Origin: Enoplolaimus lenunculus
Lineage: Eukaryota
Direction of reading: 5' to 3'
DNA length: 64,000 nucleotides
NCBI GenBank assembly: GCA_030248215.1
Contig: JASANG010001546.1
Coordinates: forward strand, 558,001 to 622,000
Shown here: in pieces, positions 36,001 to 51,000 of the stretch
Numbering within the stretch: the stretch's first letter is position 1
How the letters are laid out: the number at the start of each line of letters is the position of its first letter
Made by a program: the position numbers and the translations under genes
Notes under the pieces: model-generated
What the model was told of the DNA's origin: nothing
Database searches by the model: none
What the model saw: only the letters and a program-made list of their open reading frames with translations

Positions 36001-39000
36001 GCGAGTCGCACTACTAAAATCTCAAAATTTTGAGTCAAATTTTGCTTAAAACTTTTAACTTGAAAATTAAAAGATTATTATTTTTTGTCTGTTTCAGCGT
36101 CACACTGGTCAAGAATCAAACGTATTTTTGGAAATTCTGGGAACCTTCAGGTGGTTATCTTTCCGTTGACAGCATCGAACCAACTCAGGTAGGTTGAACG
36201 TGGTCGATATTCAATGAAACTCAGAGATGTAAGTGGGTAAAGACTTTTTTACTCGACCAGTACCTTTGTCCGCTTCAATTTTATTTGTTGTACCAGGGGT
36301 AATAGCTGCGCGAGCTTCACCCAGGGCTCGTATTCACCCACTCTCATTTTTTCTGTATTCAAAAGTCTAATTTTGTATGATTCAAACTGAGCTAAAGCAT
36401 TCGTTGCTTGTCCAGCACTCACCGGCATTGAGATATGGGTTTATATACGTCATGGCGTTTAACCCCTTCTCACATGAAGTTGACTACGGGCACCTCAGCG
36501 CAGTGTATATACGTTAAATAGTATATATCCCACCGTGTTTAACAATTGCAACACGTATACATAGTACTAAATCACCACAAGACGTGAGAGCCCCCTCGAG
36601 CTGGAGCGTCAAGCTCTTATAGCTGAGTGGTGATGTTATACGCCTCCCACTTCAGTCACTGGAGTTCGAATCCTAGCATAAAAGTAGGGCTCAGATGCGA
36701 TAGAAAATATTCATGTGGTAAAGGGCTAAGCGAAAAATTTTCAGTTAAGTATCTTTAAGCATCTTTTAGGCTCTTATACTACATTTACCGCATTTGGCAG
36801 CTTTTGTCTGTTTATAGCCTGCCAGCTGGTGTGTCCCGAAAAATAGTCGGAATTCAAATTTGTTTGCATATTTGAGCTTCTCATGATCTCACCTAATCAT
36901 TCCACATTGAAATATAAATTTTTGAATAATTCGACTGTTTCGGTTGCAATATTCCCAAGCGTATTCCGCAATCAAAACCAAAGTTTAATCCTACACCTAA
37001 GCCTAAGCCTAAGCTTTAACTTTAAATGTGGGGAAAGTTGTATTTCATCTGCTTTAAATATGTGCCATATTAAAGGTTCACAGAATTTCGCCATTAAGAG
37101 CAACATCAACACAGCATAAAACAAACAAATATTAATTTGCATGCTTGCTGACATGATCTTATACTTGAGTTAATCAAAAAGTCTCATATTTTACGTCCTC
37201 AAAAAAGTTTCATCGAAGCAGCGTCAAAGGCGCCGTCACAAAATGGAATCGGAATGAGCAAGTGGCGTTCAGTTGGTTAAATTTTGACAAAACCGGAGCA
37301 ACTGGAAATTTTTTGTTCCTCAGGGCCTTAGGGAATCTGGCCCAAGTAAAGATCAGGGGCGGAACGTTTTTCTGTGGGGACTAGAAAAGAGTAAGCTAAG
37401 ATTTAGATTAATTTTTTTTGCTTGGCTTAAGCTCACTCAAAATAATATTTCTGATATTTAAGAAAAAATTTCTTACATTTGAGAAATGTGATTAGCAAGG
37501 TGCACTTGAAAAGTATTTCTGTTATAACAGAAATGATTTAAAAAAATGTTTTGAAATAAAGTCTGAAAATAAACGTTTTCCAGTTATTTTTAGAAAAATT
37601 GTCTTAAATATCAGCAAAACTTTTCAGATTTGCCACAGAAAACACTTTTCTGAATAAATTCAGAAATACTTTTTTGTGTGCTTAGGCTTAGGCTTAGGCT
37701 TAGGAATATGCTCATACTTACGCTTAGGTTTAGGCTTAGGAGTATGCTTATAATACTATTCCGCCTCTGTTTTTTGGCCGGGAATCGGAACGAACGCAGC
37801 TGCTTGTTGAGGCACATTTCCGCGTGCCAACATGAAACCACTGCTTTTTCGTCTTGTTCGTATTACAATGTACTTGCCGCTCGTCGCCGGACGTCGCTGC
37901 GCGGCACCGTAAATTTTTTACTAATAATTTCACCAGATTTTACACTGGCATGCGGCGACGCCAGTGACTTTCGGCACAGTAAAGAATAGCGCATTCCTAA
38001 CTGAAGCGATTTGTGTTTCTGAAACACAAGACATGAAATTTTGATTAAATTTAAAAAAATTACAGTTATTTCGCACAGTTGAATGAAAAAAATATGAAAA
38101 ATTGGGTCAAAATTGAAAAATGATTAAAATTATTCAATGTATGCAAACGCGATAACAATAATCACATTATTGAATACTTACACCGTCGTGCGGTAGCCAC
38201 GCCTTCGAGATAAGGTCTTTTCAATTGTTGTTTTCGCTTTACGCAACAACGACAACAATGGTCATACACAGCTGACCACTGAAACTGATTGTATGAAACT
38301 TGTGGTTTGAGAAAGTAAATTTATTTCATATCGTAACAAAATTCTGATTTTCAGAATTGCGTAACAAATATTTTTTAGTCCTCAATGTGTTTTTTAATTT
38401 TGACTAATTTATTCATGGTTGAAGCTTAATGATCAGCGCCGGAAAAGCCATCGTCCATATCCCCAATTGGGGGCCCACCCCTGATGGGGCTCCCACCCTA
38501 ATCGGTTGAAACAAAAACCGCCGAAGTTGCAAAATGAGTGTGGCTTCTTGCTCGCTTCGCTCGCGAATCTGGAGGGGGGAGCCCCCAACCCTGTCTGCTT
38601 CGGCATTGTTGCTGATTGAGATACTGGAGCATTATTGTCAATAAGATGAAAGATACCTACCATGTATACAATAGATATGGCCCCCCCGAACAAATTTTAA
38701 AATTAGTAAGCTTTCATTTAAGCATGGACGTGACTCACGCTTAGGATTTTATACCTGAAATTCGTTTTATGTTTAGGTTTAGGCTCAGGCTTAAATGATC
38801 GGTTTGATTTCGGAATTAGTTCTATTCATAAACCACAGTTGCTACCGTAAGCATAGTCTCATATATGAAGTTAAGCGTAGTTAACCCGTCTTGTTGAGCA
38901 ATTCAATGATAAAACACAGTGTTATTTTTGTATTTGAACCAGAATTTTGTGGAAACACTCATGTCCGCTATACCTAATTTTGAAATAGCCTGTTGTCACA

Positions 39001-42000
39001 AATTTATACAAGTTTTGCGAGTTGGAAACACAATAATTGAAACGTTTGGTTCAATGAAAATTTTTTTGCCGTTGTTTGAAACTTATTTTTGCTTTTTTCA
39101 TACACAAATATTGGAGTTAAAATGATAAAATACAAATAAAAAACTATTTTCGGTGAAAAATACTTAAAACAATCGCTGTCGACGCTGTGAAATAAAGAAT
39201 AAATTCCCCAAAACTTTCTCGCTACGTTTCAATGGCTACACACAATGGACCTGGTTAAACCTTTATTCAAATCAGTATTATGTGTCCTCGTGATCGTGAT
39301 CCAGTTGAAACAGCTTATAAGCGGAACGTCCCTTAGCGCCGATACCAGATCCACGCCGAAAAATGCCAAAACAAAAGCATCATTTACGTTAGCAAAACCG
39401 TTTCTCGCTCACCGAAGTCCATCTCGAACGCATCAAATTGGTGTATTTGGGGCTCCGGCTGAAATTGCCGCAAAACGACGCGAATATTTAATTCAAAAAC
39501 GACTTCGAGCGTCGTCGAAAAATGCAACATCCGCTGGATCGGGCGTCGCTACAAACACACTTCCGGCCCAAGTGACCAACGTTAACCGGAACCTGCTGCC
39601 AAAATATCAACGAAATGGCAGTGAAATTACAAAAGTTTCAACTTTACAGCCGAAGACCGACAGCGGACCGGAAAAGGGCCCATCGTCAATTCGTGAAATT
39701 TTAGAGTTGGTCCGCGCGCAGAAATTCGCTCGAAATTCCCTGGGACCGCCGTTATCTCCAGCCGGGCCAAATGGACTTCAAATTCCACCGTTTAATGTCC
39801 ATCGCCACCGAGTACAACACTTTGTACGAAAGAATAACGAAAACAATCGATTAATTGAACAGAAACGTGCAAGGATTTGGGCAAAAAATGACGATATTTC
39901 TACGAGAAATCAAGGAACAAATGCGGATGTGAAGACAAGCGTCCAGCGCCGAACAACAGCTTTCACCAATGAACCCGACGCCACGACGTTAAACAGTAGC
40001 GTGAGTCACCAGAACAAGGTTAACGCAAATACCATATGTGCAAATCAATATTATTAAAGTTGGAACGACCACGATACGTAATTTGAGCATCGTTCAACTA
40101 AGAATCGAAACTAAAATTTGATGGGAACAAAATACACAACAGAGTATTCTCTACGATAGACAAAATCCGCATACTTCATTGTTAAGATGTTGGGGTTGTG
40201 AAAAATTACGCCACTCGGGTGGCTGGTTAGAAACGCAGTTGATTGGTTAATCCAAACGCCAATCATGGCCAAGGACAGCAGTACAGCAGCTCATTCTAAC
40301 TGTAGGAGTAATAAGCGTCGCAAGCAATGCGAGCGAGAACCCTAACGCAATTTTTTCATTAAATGACAATACAGAGTTCAGGTTTAAAGTTATGGAAGGT
40401 ATGGACGCCCTCTACCGATTGCCTTTGTTGCTGCGCCTTCAGTCACCGCAAATATCGATTGAAATTTTAACTCACGGAGGTTATATATGAACCAAAGTTC
40501 AAAAAATTTTAGCGTCCGCAAAGTTAGAACCATGTTTAGTTTTTTATGGGCGAATGGCTTTAACATTTTCGTCATCAAATATTTATTCACAAAGTACGCT
40601 CAAACTGCTGATTTGGCCCGCTGCCAGTAACTTTTGATGGCGTTCAAATCAGTTGTTTGAGAATAATTTGTTAACCAATCGTCTGATTGTGGATATAATT
40701 AATGACATTTCCGGCACTTCTGGACGCTCCGTCGAATGATGTATTTAATTTCACTAACTTTTTGACAAAAAACTTTTTAGATCCGAATGTCGAGGTTCTT
40801 GGGGTCCAAAAATCTAATTTTTCACAAATTCAAATTTGGGCGCGAAATAATCACAAAATGTTGTGGAAGCTGAAATATGCAGAAAAAATTTCAAAATCCA
40901 ACAATTTTTGGGCAAACATAGGCTGGCGGGGTGATAATCGAAAAGGCCTGCATGCAGCGTAAATCAGTATATGTCAAAGCAAAAATACCGCACCAGAGTT
41001 TCATTTCGCTGGCCGCGAGCTGCTAATAGCTGCCACATTTTAGCTGCAGTCACTGTTAAGTTGACCTGGCCATGAGCGTAAAACGAGCTGGTTTGTTGAT
41101 TTTTATCATTTATCCGCAATTTTCAATGATATATGCACTGCAAAAAATGGTGCGTCAAATTGACTCTTTCCGAAATAGGCTTTTCGGGACGACACAAACG
41201 GAGTCAATTTCGACTTCACCAGAATGAAATGCGATCCACTTAGCAGCTCGTTTGACTCTGGCGGAGTCCAATTTGACTCAGGTTGTGTAGTCCGGAAAAG
41301 TCTATTTCGGAAAGAGTCAATTTGATTCACCATTTTTTGCACAGTGTTTTATATATCAACCCCTTCTGTTTAAGTTTCTGTTTCTTGAAGTATTTTAAAG
41401 GTACTGACTAAGAATGCTTTGATTGAGTACAAGTTTGGATTATGAAAAGGTACCAAATATATTACCCAATAAGATTTAGTTTTCTTTGCAACAATTGTTT
41501 CAGTTGTTCTAAAACAACCAGGAGGGACCATTAATCCGCTGGATCTTAATTTTAATGTGAAGGTATAAAACTAATTTTAGACAACCCCATACATTCCTCC
41601 ATTTGTCGTCCAAACCACTCCAGCGCCACGCTCCCCCCTGTTTTCACCCGGATTTGGATCACCAGGCCCATCTGATACCGCATTCAATCAGCCACCTCCG
41701 AACACGGTCATAAATCCTGTAGTTCCTCAAATACTGCCGCATCAGCCCCCTCCACGTCCACTAGTCAACGTACCAATATTTATCCCCCACGAAACTGAAG
41801 CGCCCATACCTGTCACAACAACCACAACAACAACCACAACAACCACAACAACAACTTCGACAACCACAACGCGACCCCCAGCACCTCCTCCGCCCAGAGT
41901 CGCTCCGATCCAGCCATCGTTTCCGGCAGGACCGCCACCCCCTCAACCAGCGGTAACTCCCAGACCAAGACCACGACCCCTTACCCGGGCACCGTTTTAT

Positions 42001-45000
42001 CGGACGACTCCAGAACCATATCGCGGTCCGTCAACTCCTCGTATATGGCCACCAATTGGATCTCAACTCAACTTGCGGATCCCACCGTTTCCGTTCATTC
42101 ATTTGGTTCCCGTTGAAGACGGTCAAATTGTTGGAGGTGGCGAAGATGATTTGAATTCATTGGACGCTCAGTATGACGAAGGTAACTGTTGAATGGTTGA
42201 AAAAGTGATTTAGCGCCCAGCCAATTATTTGAGATTTCGCTAAATTAATTATATTTGACCACAACGTTTAAGCCAGTAGATTGATAACAAACATTTTACC
42301 ATCACTCGACTCAGAGTCGCGAGCTTCATCGAATGATATACAAATTGTTTAACTTTTTGACAACTTTTTGGCCACAAGAGTCCCTCTGTGAATTTTGCAA
42401 CAAAATTTTCAAAAATTGAAATTTAAGCGTGGAATGAAGAGTGAGTAGAAAGAACTTTGAATATACGAAATATTTTCAACATTTGACAATTTCAGAGGGA
42501 ATGCGCTCTGTGGAAGGAATAAGCGTAAAACCCATGGTTTTGGGGGAACCAGTTTGGCAATGCGGCGGTTACGTTACAAGTCAAGTCTAAGTCCACGTCA
42601 TGGTAACGGATCAAGTCCTCACATTGGAAACGGTTAAAGCTCGTAGCGAAATAATTTTCGGGGGAAGGGACACTTTAAAATAACAGGAACAATTGAAAAT
42701 GATGTATGGGGGGCTGTTTCGGTTACTTGTTTTTGAATTTAGTAGTTTATTGTTTAACCAACGTGAGCCTCCGAATAATAAAATTTTGTGTATTTTTATG
42801 TTTGTTTTCAGATATTGATCGTTGCGCAAGTAATCCATGCCAAAGTGGAGGAACGTGCGAAAATGAACCCGGTGGCTTTTTCTGCCTTTGTCCTGACAGA
42901 TGGACTGGTGATGCGTGTGAAGGTAAGCGATGGCCTAAACGCCGCCTAAACTTTGAAAAATTAAAGTTACTCTCTGATTTCGTATCGGATTTATCGCTCA
43001 CATGCAGAATATCCATATCGCAGTACATATGTTGCATTTGATTAAAGCTGAAAATATGGTTTATGCCAGAGTTAAATGAAGGCGAAGACTTGTTATTGGA
43101 GACGTTTGGTGCCATTTGATTCTATCAGACGGTTCCGGTACGCGAGGAACTGTATATCGTCGTAGGAAGATTGCTAAGTTTGCATCCAACTCCTAAACTT
43201 TATTCCGTTGTGTCTTTGAAAATTAACTTTGTAGTCAGCTCAAGATGGCAGAGAACAAAATAATTTGAACTGGGTCAATGTTGAAAATTCACATGATTTA
43301 TAAAACGAAACGAAAAAATTGCAAAAGGGGATGATATTTTATTTGATAGCTGGGCATCGCATGATCCCCATCTGGCCACGGGTCCATCGGAAATCTGCTA
43401 ATTTTGTGACAGCGTAATTCGCTCAAAAATTCCAATTGACACAACTTGAACGCTTAATGAAAAAATTTTCAATTACTAACCCCTTCACAAAGTGCATACG
43501 CAGTATAAAACCTCCACAAGATGTGACAGCGCCCTCGAACTCGAGCGTCAAACTAACATAACTGAGTTGGTGATCCTAAACACCAACTACTCGTCAAGAT
43601 CCAATAACAGACCGGTGATGCTAAACATCTGCCACTCGTAAAGCTACGATTCGAATGCTGGCTTGAAATTTGATTTCAGACGAAATAGGAAATGTTCACG
43701 TAACAAAAGATTAATGCAAAAATTAGCTATTATCTGTCTTTGTCTTTGAATTTTTAAATATTATTCATCAAACTGGATGTTAATCAAATTTTTGAAGCAT
43801 TCAGCTAATAGAAATCCCGTTCCGTTGATAAAATTATTAAAAGCTTTTTTCTAAGTTTTAAATTCTGGTTTTTTTGGTCTATTTTTATATGTTTGTATGT
43901 TTACAAATCATGCGGTCAAAAATTTAAGTTCTAAATTGGGTTCATTAGAAATTTACCGGAATATACGAAATAATCGAGGTATATTTCAATTTGACTTTAC
44001 AGATTATGATTACTGTTCAAGCAATCCATGTTCATCAACCGGTGTTTGCAAACTGAACGCGCAACTCGGATATGAATGTATTTGCGATCCAGGATGGAGC
44101 GGACAAAAATGCGATTGTACGTTGTTTCTGTTGTCCATCTGAGTAAAATTATTTATTGATGTACAATTGTACATTTTAATTGTGTCTCGTTAATATAAAA
44201 CAAAACTATAACTTTCTTGTTGTGACAATGACTGATATTTGGCGTTTGTTTGGTTTTGCTCGGAAATTTAAGCATTTGCTTAAGTCAGTGACCAATGTAT
44301 TTACTTAACTATAACTTAAGTAAATACTTACGTACGATTTCAGAAACCCAACCATTATGTCATATCTAAAACATATGTCTACGCCAGTAGACAGCTAAAA
44401 CAAACAGTGTTCATATCCGCCATTAAAATTTAGCCAGATGTCAATAAGCGTAGGGGCCGGGTTTAGCTTCAAACATAAGCCAAGCCTAATTTTTAGCCTA
44501 ATCCTAAGTTTAAAATTTAAACTCAAACCAGTTGCCAGCTAAAAATTACAAACATTTTCAATTCGGGGGGTAATGTGAAATTCGTATCAGAACATTTTTC
44601 AACTTGAACTTGCGCACGATCTGGTAGGTCAAAACTGTTGTTTTCTTATTGTCTAAAACTCGTAGTTTCGACGTATTGTCAACATTTGGTTATGTACGAC
44701 GAATAATTTAAGGTTTAGCGTTCGTATTCTCAAATTCGAATCGCATGTATCACTCGTTAGCGTTGGTTTTCAAACTGACAAATTTCTGCAATTGCGGATC
44801 TCAAAATTTGTACAAAAGTATGACAAATCAAATACAAAAATCGTGCTTAAATTCGAATCTCATCATGCGCTGGTTTAAAGATTACAAGACGTATCGCTGA
44901 CTGGTGATAGGTGCAATACACATTTGAGAATCCGGTCTTATATTTTGGATATTTTGTAAATTCGAGCAAAATTGTTCAAAAAATAATAATTATATATTTT

Positions 45001-48000
45001 GCGAGACAGGGTTTTTATTTCAGTGGTTTGTCCAGAATACATCTGTAAAAACGGTGGAACATGTCACGCAGACATCAGTGGGACCTACTCGTGTAAATGT
45101 CCACCAGGATGGACTGGTCAAGATTGTTCCGCAGGTCTGTTTAAATAAACAAATCAACCTTTTAACATTTCTTCTATTGATGGTTTTGAATTTGCTAATT
45201 TTTAAGATATGCGACAGTGAAAATGATTTGTGCGACAAGATGTATAAAATAGGCCAAGTTTTCGTTAAATTCCTACAAGGTCCATATTCTGCACATCGGC
45301 CCTTCATGCTGTCGTTTATTCATAGCATTAATAAAAGCAAGAGTGGATAATGACAAGAGTGCACAACTCTTGCGGTCCCGCATGGTACGAAATGTACCAC
45401 CGGACGATGCGTTTTTGACCGACCCCCCTTGTTTAGAGGGGGGTCGCTATCACATGAATACCACTAAATTAAACTATAAGGGGAGCATGTTTGACCCCGC
45501 ATACATTAAGTGCCATGGTTCGCATCGGTTGTGCTCCCCTAAATAAAGAAAGGTAGGAAAAACACAACGCGTGCCGGATACATTTTTTTCTACACACAAT
45601 GTTCCCAGTTGCATACTCTTGATAAATAGCGATCGTCCACTCTTGACAAAAGCAACAAGGCAACGCGGTTGCAAATTTGCAACAATAAAATATTCCTTAT
45701 TAAATGTTTAAAAATGTGTTCTAATTTGCATTTATTACATTGTTTCTTGTTTATATATGAAACTTTCAATACAATAGCATGAACGCTACCCAAAATATGA
45801 ATGTGGGGTGTTCCAGCTTTAATAATATTTACTGATATAGAGCTCACTTGATATTTACGGTTTTTTTTTCAAATTTTAATTAAAATGAGCAGTATTTGTT
45901 TATTTATAGCCATTTGAAACTTATTAATTATAATACTGTTTTAAGTTATTTTTAATTAATTTAAAAGAATGAATTGTTCATTTTATATTTGAGAATTCGA
46001 CGAATGTTCAAGCGATCCGTGTAAAAATGGCGCTGATTGCATTGATCAATTTAACAGTTTTCGATGCATATGCGCGCCCGGATATACTGGAGAATTGTGT
46101 CAAAGTATGTTTTGATTTTAACTGTAATCTTGGACAAATTTTGTAAAAATTGTTTTTTTAAGATATTTAAAAATCTTTCTTAAAATCGTTAGAATTTTCA
46201 AGCACTGCGTAGAATTATAAAGATTATCTCAAATTGTAAAAAAGTTTCAAAACTTGTTCAAATAATAGCATCTAATTGCGGTGTTTGAAAATTTGTGGGA
46301 CGGCGTAGCTGAGTCAGTGGACAAAGCAGCAGATCAGTAAACCATACGTCGTGGGGTCGAGCCTCACAGCATCCGCAGCAAAATTGTCCCGTGAGGGTAC
46401 GAGGCTCATGTATACATCAGAGTCGGACAGTTTTTACGCGCAATTGCAATAGAGTTAAGTTTAAACATTAAACTAAATTTTTGTTTGGGCTTAGACTTAT
46501 GAATATGTTTATATACCTACTGTATTGACCCGAATAAGAGGGAGGGGTAATAAGAGGGTCCCCATTTTGAGTCCGAATCAATAGGAGTCCGTATCCCTAA
46601 TAAGAGTCCGTAAGCCGATAGGGTCTCTAAACCGTAATTAGAGTCCATAAATGTCAATTAACCCTAATTGTTGCGCATTAATGACTTCAGGACCAAATAA
46701 TTTGAGTTCGGAACTTGTAAGCGTACTTAAATTTTAAAAGTACATTCCTAAGTATAACCTTGTATTATCACTGCAACTATTGACACATGACAAATAAACG
46801 TTTAATTTAACGGATAATTGCAGTACCGGATATATATCATGTAACGCAGGGTGGCGGAGCGTGGGTTAAAAATAAATAACAGTCCGTAACCGAATAACAA
46901 GAGGGTGCCCCCTGGCGAGGCCAAATAAATATCAGTCCCCCCTCTAATTCGGGTCACTACAGTACTACTGTTACGGTCGTGATCTATACATTGAATGTGG
47001 TACTGTTTAATCTAGATTGTATATATTATAGGACCATGCGTTGATATCTACCATACATGCGCAGCGCAATGGGCAGATGAAGACAGATGCGAACTGATGC
47101 GACCTTTGACGAAATTCTTCGACAATAATTGTGCAGTGACCTGTGGTCAATGTGTTTCCTCAAACACTTCTGTCGGTAATGAAACATTGGGTTTAGAGGG
47201 CATTAGCCTGGATCAGTTGATAACAAAGGGTCAAAAAATAATAGTTCACAATAAAAAATCTGATTATGGCACCAAAAACACTATATGGTAGGGTTAACAC
47301 GTGTCAATTTTCAAAATGGTCGTGCATAACCCTACCCTAACGCAAAAATTGCGCTAACCGTACCATAACTAATGTCACAGCCCTAAACTAATACGTGTCA
47401 CAGAGCATTTTGTAACACGCGTTAGGGTAGGGTTAACGCATGCGTTATGGTACGGTTAACACATGACAGTTTCGAAATTTGGCACGTGTTAACCCCACCT
47501 TATACTGCCGGCAAAATGAATTTTTATATTTTGAACAATGCATAAAATGAGACTTGCCTATGAATTACACCAGCAGTCAAAACGTTAGGGTTGCTCTGTA
47601 CATTTTTGCCGTCCGTCACCATCCGTCATCGTACGGTATCGTACGCGAATTATTCACGTACTGTACCGCATGATGACGGAGGACACCGTACAACAAGTAT
47701 AGCGGAACCCTTAGCAGAGGGACGAAATTTGTCCGATTGGGCTAAATTTTTGTGCTCCCTTCGCTACCAGCTCGGTAACAAATCAGTTCGGGCGATTTCC
47801 TGGGTTTACTCAATTGACGTTTGTTTCCATTGAAGTGTAAATCTGAATTAAAATCTCGACTTTTCCAGCATAACAGAAATATATTATGTAAACTGCGTAT
47901 TAAGCTTGATTTCAGTGTTTCCTGCACTGCTGCCACCGATTCTAAATCCAGCAAAATGGCTCGTGGGCACATGGATTGCAAAATCAGACAAACCGGAACG

Positions 48001-51000
48001 ATTTCCGTTGGATTTTCAACAAACCGGCGGATTTGAAGAACGGCTTGGATTTCATATCACACCTGTGCCAATGTTTGGCACTCCATCGCTCAATTATACG
48101 TATGTGTGCAGTTTTGGTTATTTTATTCATTCTTTCTTTTTTTGCTAATTCATTCGTATACTTATTTATTTATTCCTTCATTCATTTATTTCTTCATTCA
48201 TTTATTTATTCATTCATTCATTCATTCATTCATTCATTCATTCAATAAATCATTCAATCACCGATTCGACCGTTTGTTGATTCGTTGCTTCACTCAGTCA
48301 TTCATTTCCTATTTCTGTGCATTCTTTTTAATCATTTATTCATTTTTTAATCATTTTTTTCAAACCAGATAAATTACTCTGTTTATTTGTTCGCGTTTAT
48401 TGTTTGGTTTTATTTATTTGTTGTTGAATTGATTTCATTTTGAATTAAGATAATTTCATCACATGAGCCGTTGCGATGCGGAATGCTGTAGCGGCCAAAA
48501 TTCATTAATATTTAACTCTTGAATTTTAAAAGCTAATGTTGGTGCAACACTTTTTGACTCGATTAATGGGTCCGACGCCGTACGGCGACACGTATAAATT
48601 GGCACATGGCACCGCACTACAATTTGTAAACAATTTTTTTAAATTGCGGCATTGGCCGGCGCCGGACGGTGCCGTACAACAAGTATAGGGCCGCAGTAAA
48701 TATGGCGTTATAGTTTTTGGCTGTTGTAATGCATCCAGTTGCCGTCCAGCGCTGTTTGGCATCGTCAGGCACCGTTGAATGTTTTATCTGAATTGCCAGA
48801 CGGAATCCCAAAATGACTTACACGCCAGACGGAATCCCAAAATGACTTGCACGCCAAACGGCGATCATATGTATTTGTAACATGTCGCACATCTATTTGT
48901 AAGTACGTGATTGGCTAAAAATCGAGACCCATAAGATCAGGAGCGGAACATTTTTCTGCGGGACTGCAATACAGTAAGCTTAAACATTTGAAACGCACTG
49001 TGTCAATTTTAATTGGTTTATTCGAAAATTTAACACCAACTGGATTGTACTCGCAGGTACAGCTTTTCGAAAATCAGTGGCCTGACGGATCGGAATATTT
49101 CGGATGGATGTTCTCGTTTAACCCTTTCTCACATGAATATTTTCTATTTCCTCTGAGACCTACTTTTATGCTAGGATTCGAACTCCAGTGACTGGAGTGG
49201 GAGGTGTATACGATCAACACTCAGCTATGGGAGCTTGACGCTCGAGCCCGAGGGGGCTCCCACGTCTTGTGGTGATTTAGTACTATGTATACGTGTTACA
49301 ATTGTTAAACACGGTGCTGTATATAATATTTAACGTATATACACTGCGCTGAGTTGCCTATAGGCAACTCAATGTGAGGAGGGGTTAAATCATCCCCTGT
49401 CGAAATTACTAACCATAATTTTAGGAGTTACGCAAAAAGCAAAGGCGGCGCTGGAAGCATTGAAACCAGAGAAGGATTCTTTACAATTGCACCGAGAGCT
49501 TCACCGATCCTTGCGGCGTTAACGTCTGTATCGAACAATGGTAAGTTTTTCAACTTCAGTTGAAATTTGTGCTAATATTTTTAATTGTCGCTATACAACG
49601 GGCTCACGTCCCAAAATATCAATTGAAAAACTTCTAAAAGCGATGTTATACAAGTTTGGTGTCACGGTTTTAATTATTTTGCCTGGAATTTGGTTTAGTT
49701 TCATCTTTAGATTATAACAGCTAATTGTTACTATTCTTTGCTCATGTATAAGTAGGTTCTTAAGGTTGTACTATTTGTTATAGGGTCTTAGCTAATACTA
49801 AATCTTAGTTCTAAGTAACGGTTCCGTTCAGTTGGCTTGGATTTGGCAAAAAATTCAAAACATATCAAGACGTCAAACATCAAAGTGCAAATGGGCTTAA
49901 AAGTATTAACTTTTATTATCATTCCTTCGCCAGGTCAAGTCTGAGCCTAAACCTAAACCTAAGAATAGGGGTTTAAGCCAGAAACGTAAGCCTAAAACTA
50001 AACATAAGCCTGAGCTGAAATCTGCATCTTTCTCTGTGCTATAGATCGGTTAGCATCTTTGTCTCCGGCTGGGCAGACAACGTTTACTGATAATTTCAAT
50101 AATTAATTTTTAATGTTTGTTCAGGTATTCTTCTTGTCGAAGAAGGATCGTTGAATGAAAAAGAGCAAGAACTTGTACTGACAACCGTATTCAACAGCAC
50201 ATTGCCTCATATGAAAAAATTTGTGCCTTCAAAGGTATGTTGCCCCATTAACAAGCATTATAATACAGCAGGGTACAACCGGATGTCTGCCTCCGGCTTT
50301 CAGAAAATCGGCCTCCGGCTTCGGCTCCGGCTCCAGTAGAATTTTGTAATTTCGGTAGTAAAGTTTTGCATAATTTTACAAAATTTATCTGTTTAGCGCG
50401 TTTCGTTTTACTTTTGTCACAATTTTCAGGAAATAATTTCCGAAATTTCCCAGAAAATTAGCGTAAAACCAAACAACTTAACAACATATTGCTGATAGTG
50501 GCTAAAATTAACTAATTAACCTACATTTTTAATACCTAATTTTTGCTCACCTCCGGCTTCGGCTCCTTCTCTGGCTCCGGCTTCACTAATTTTCACCTGC
50601 GGTTGCACCCTGATATACAGGCAGTCAGTCATTTGTCCAGACGCGCTTGTACAGTTTCTAGGACATTCTAGAATCAGGTTTAAGATACGGCAAAAATTTA
50701 GGTAAATGAATATGTTTAGGTATGAGAAAAGTCTTTTCGGAAACCTAAACTTAGTCAGAGCTTAAGCCTAAGATTCCTGAGGAGACTTTAACTTGCACCT
50801 TCAGGATTAACGTTACGCTATGTTTTTGTTGGCGCCCGTCAACCGTCCGACGCCATCCGTCATCGTCCATCACCCGTACGGTGCTGTCTGTCAACCGTCC
50901 GACGCCATCCGTCATCGTTCATCACCCGTCCGGCGCTGCCCGTCAACCGTCCGACGCCATCCGTCATCGTCCATCACCCGTACGGTGCTGTCCGTCAACC

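Noticed and set aside
37681..37740. True telomere or chromosome-fusion scar
   Set aside because: Runs are short, degenerate, in both orientations across the window, and bounded by MITE TIRs and TSDs.
41761..41946. Cys-rich metallothionein-like minus-strand ORF
   Set aside because: Antisense reading of the poly-Thr (ACA/ACC) tract in exon 41581-42181.
45343..45700. Helitron-like hairpin cgacccccc-ttgtttaga-ggggggtcg and small ORFs
   Set aside because: No CTRR end or second copy identified in the window; element identity unsupported.
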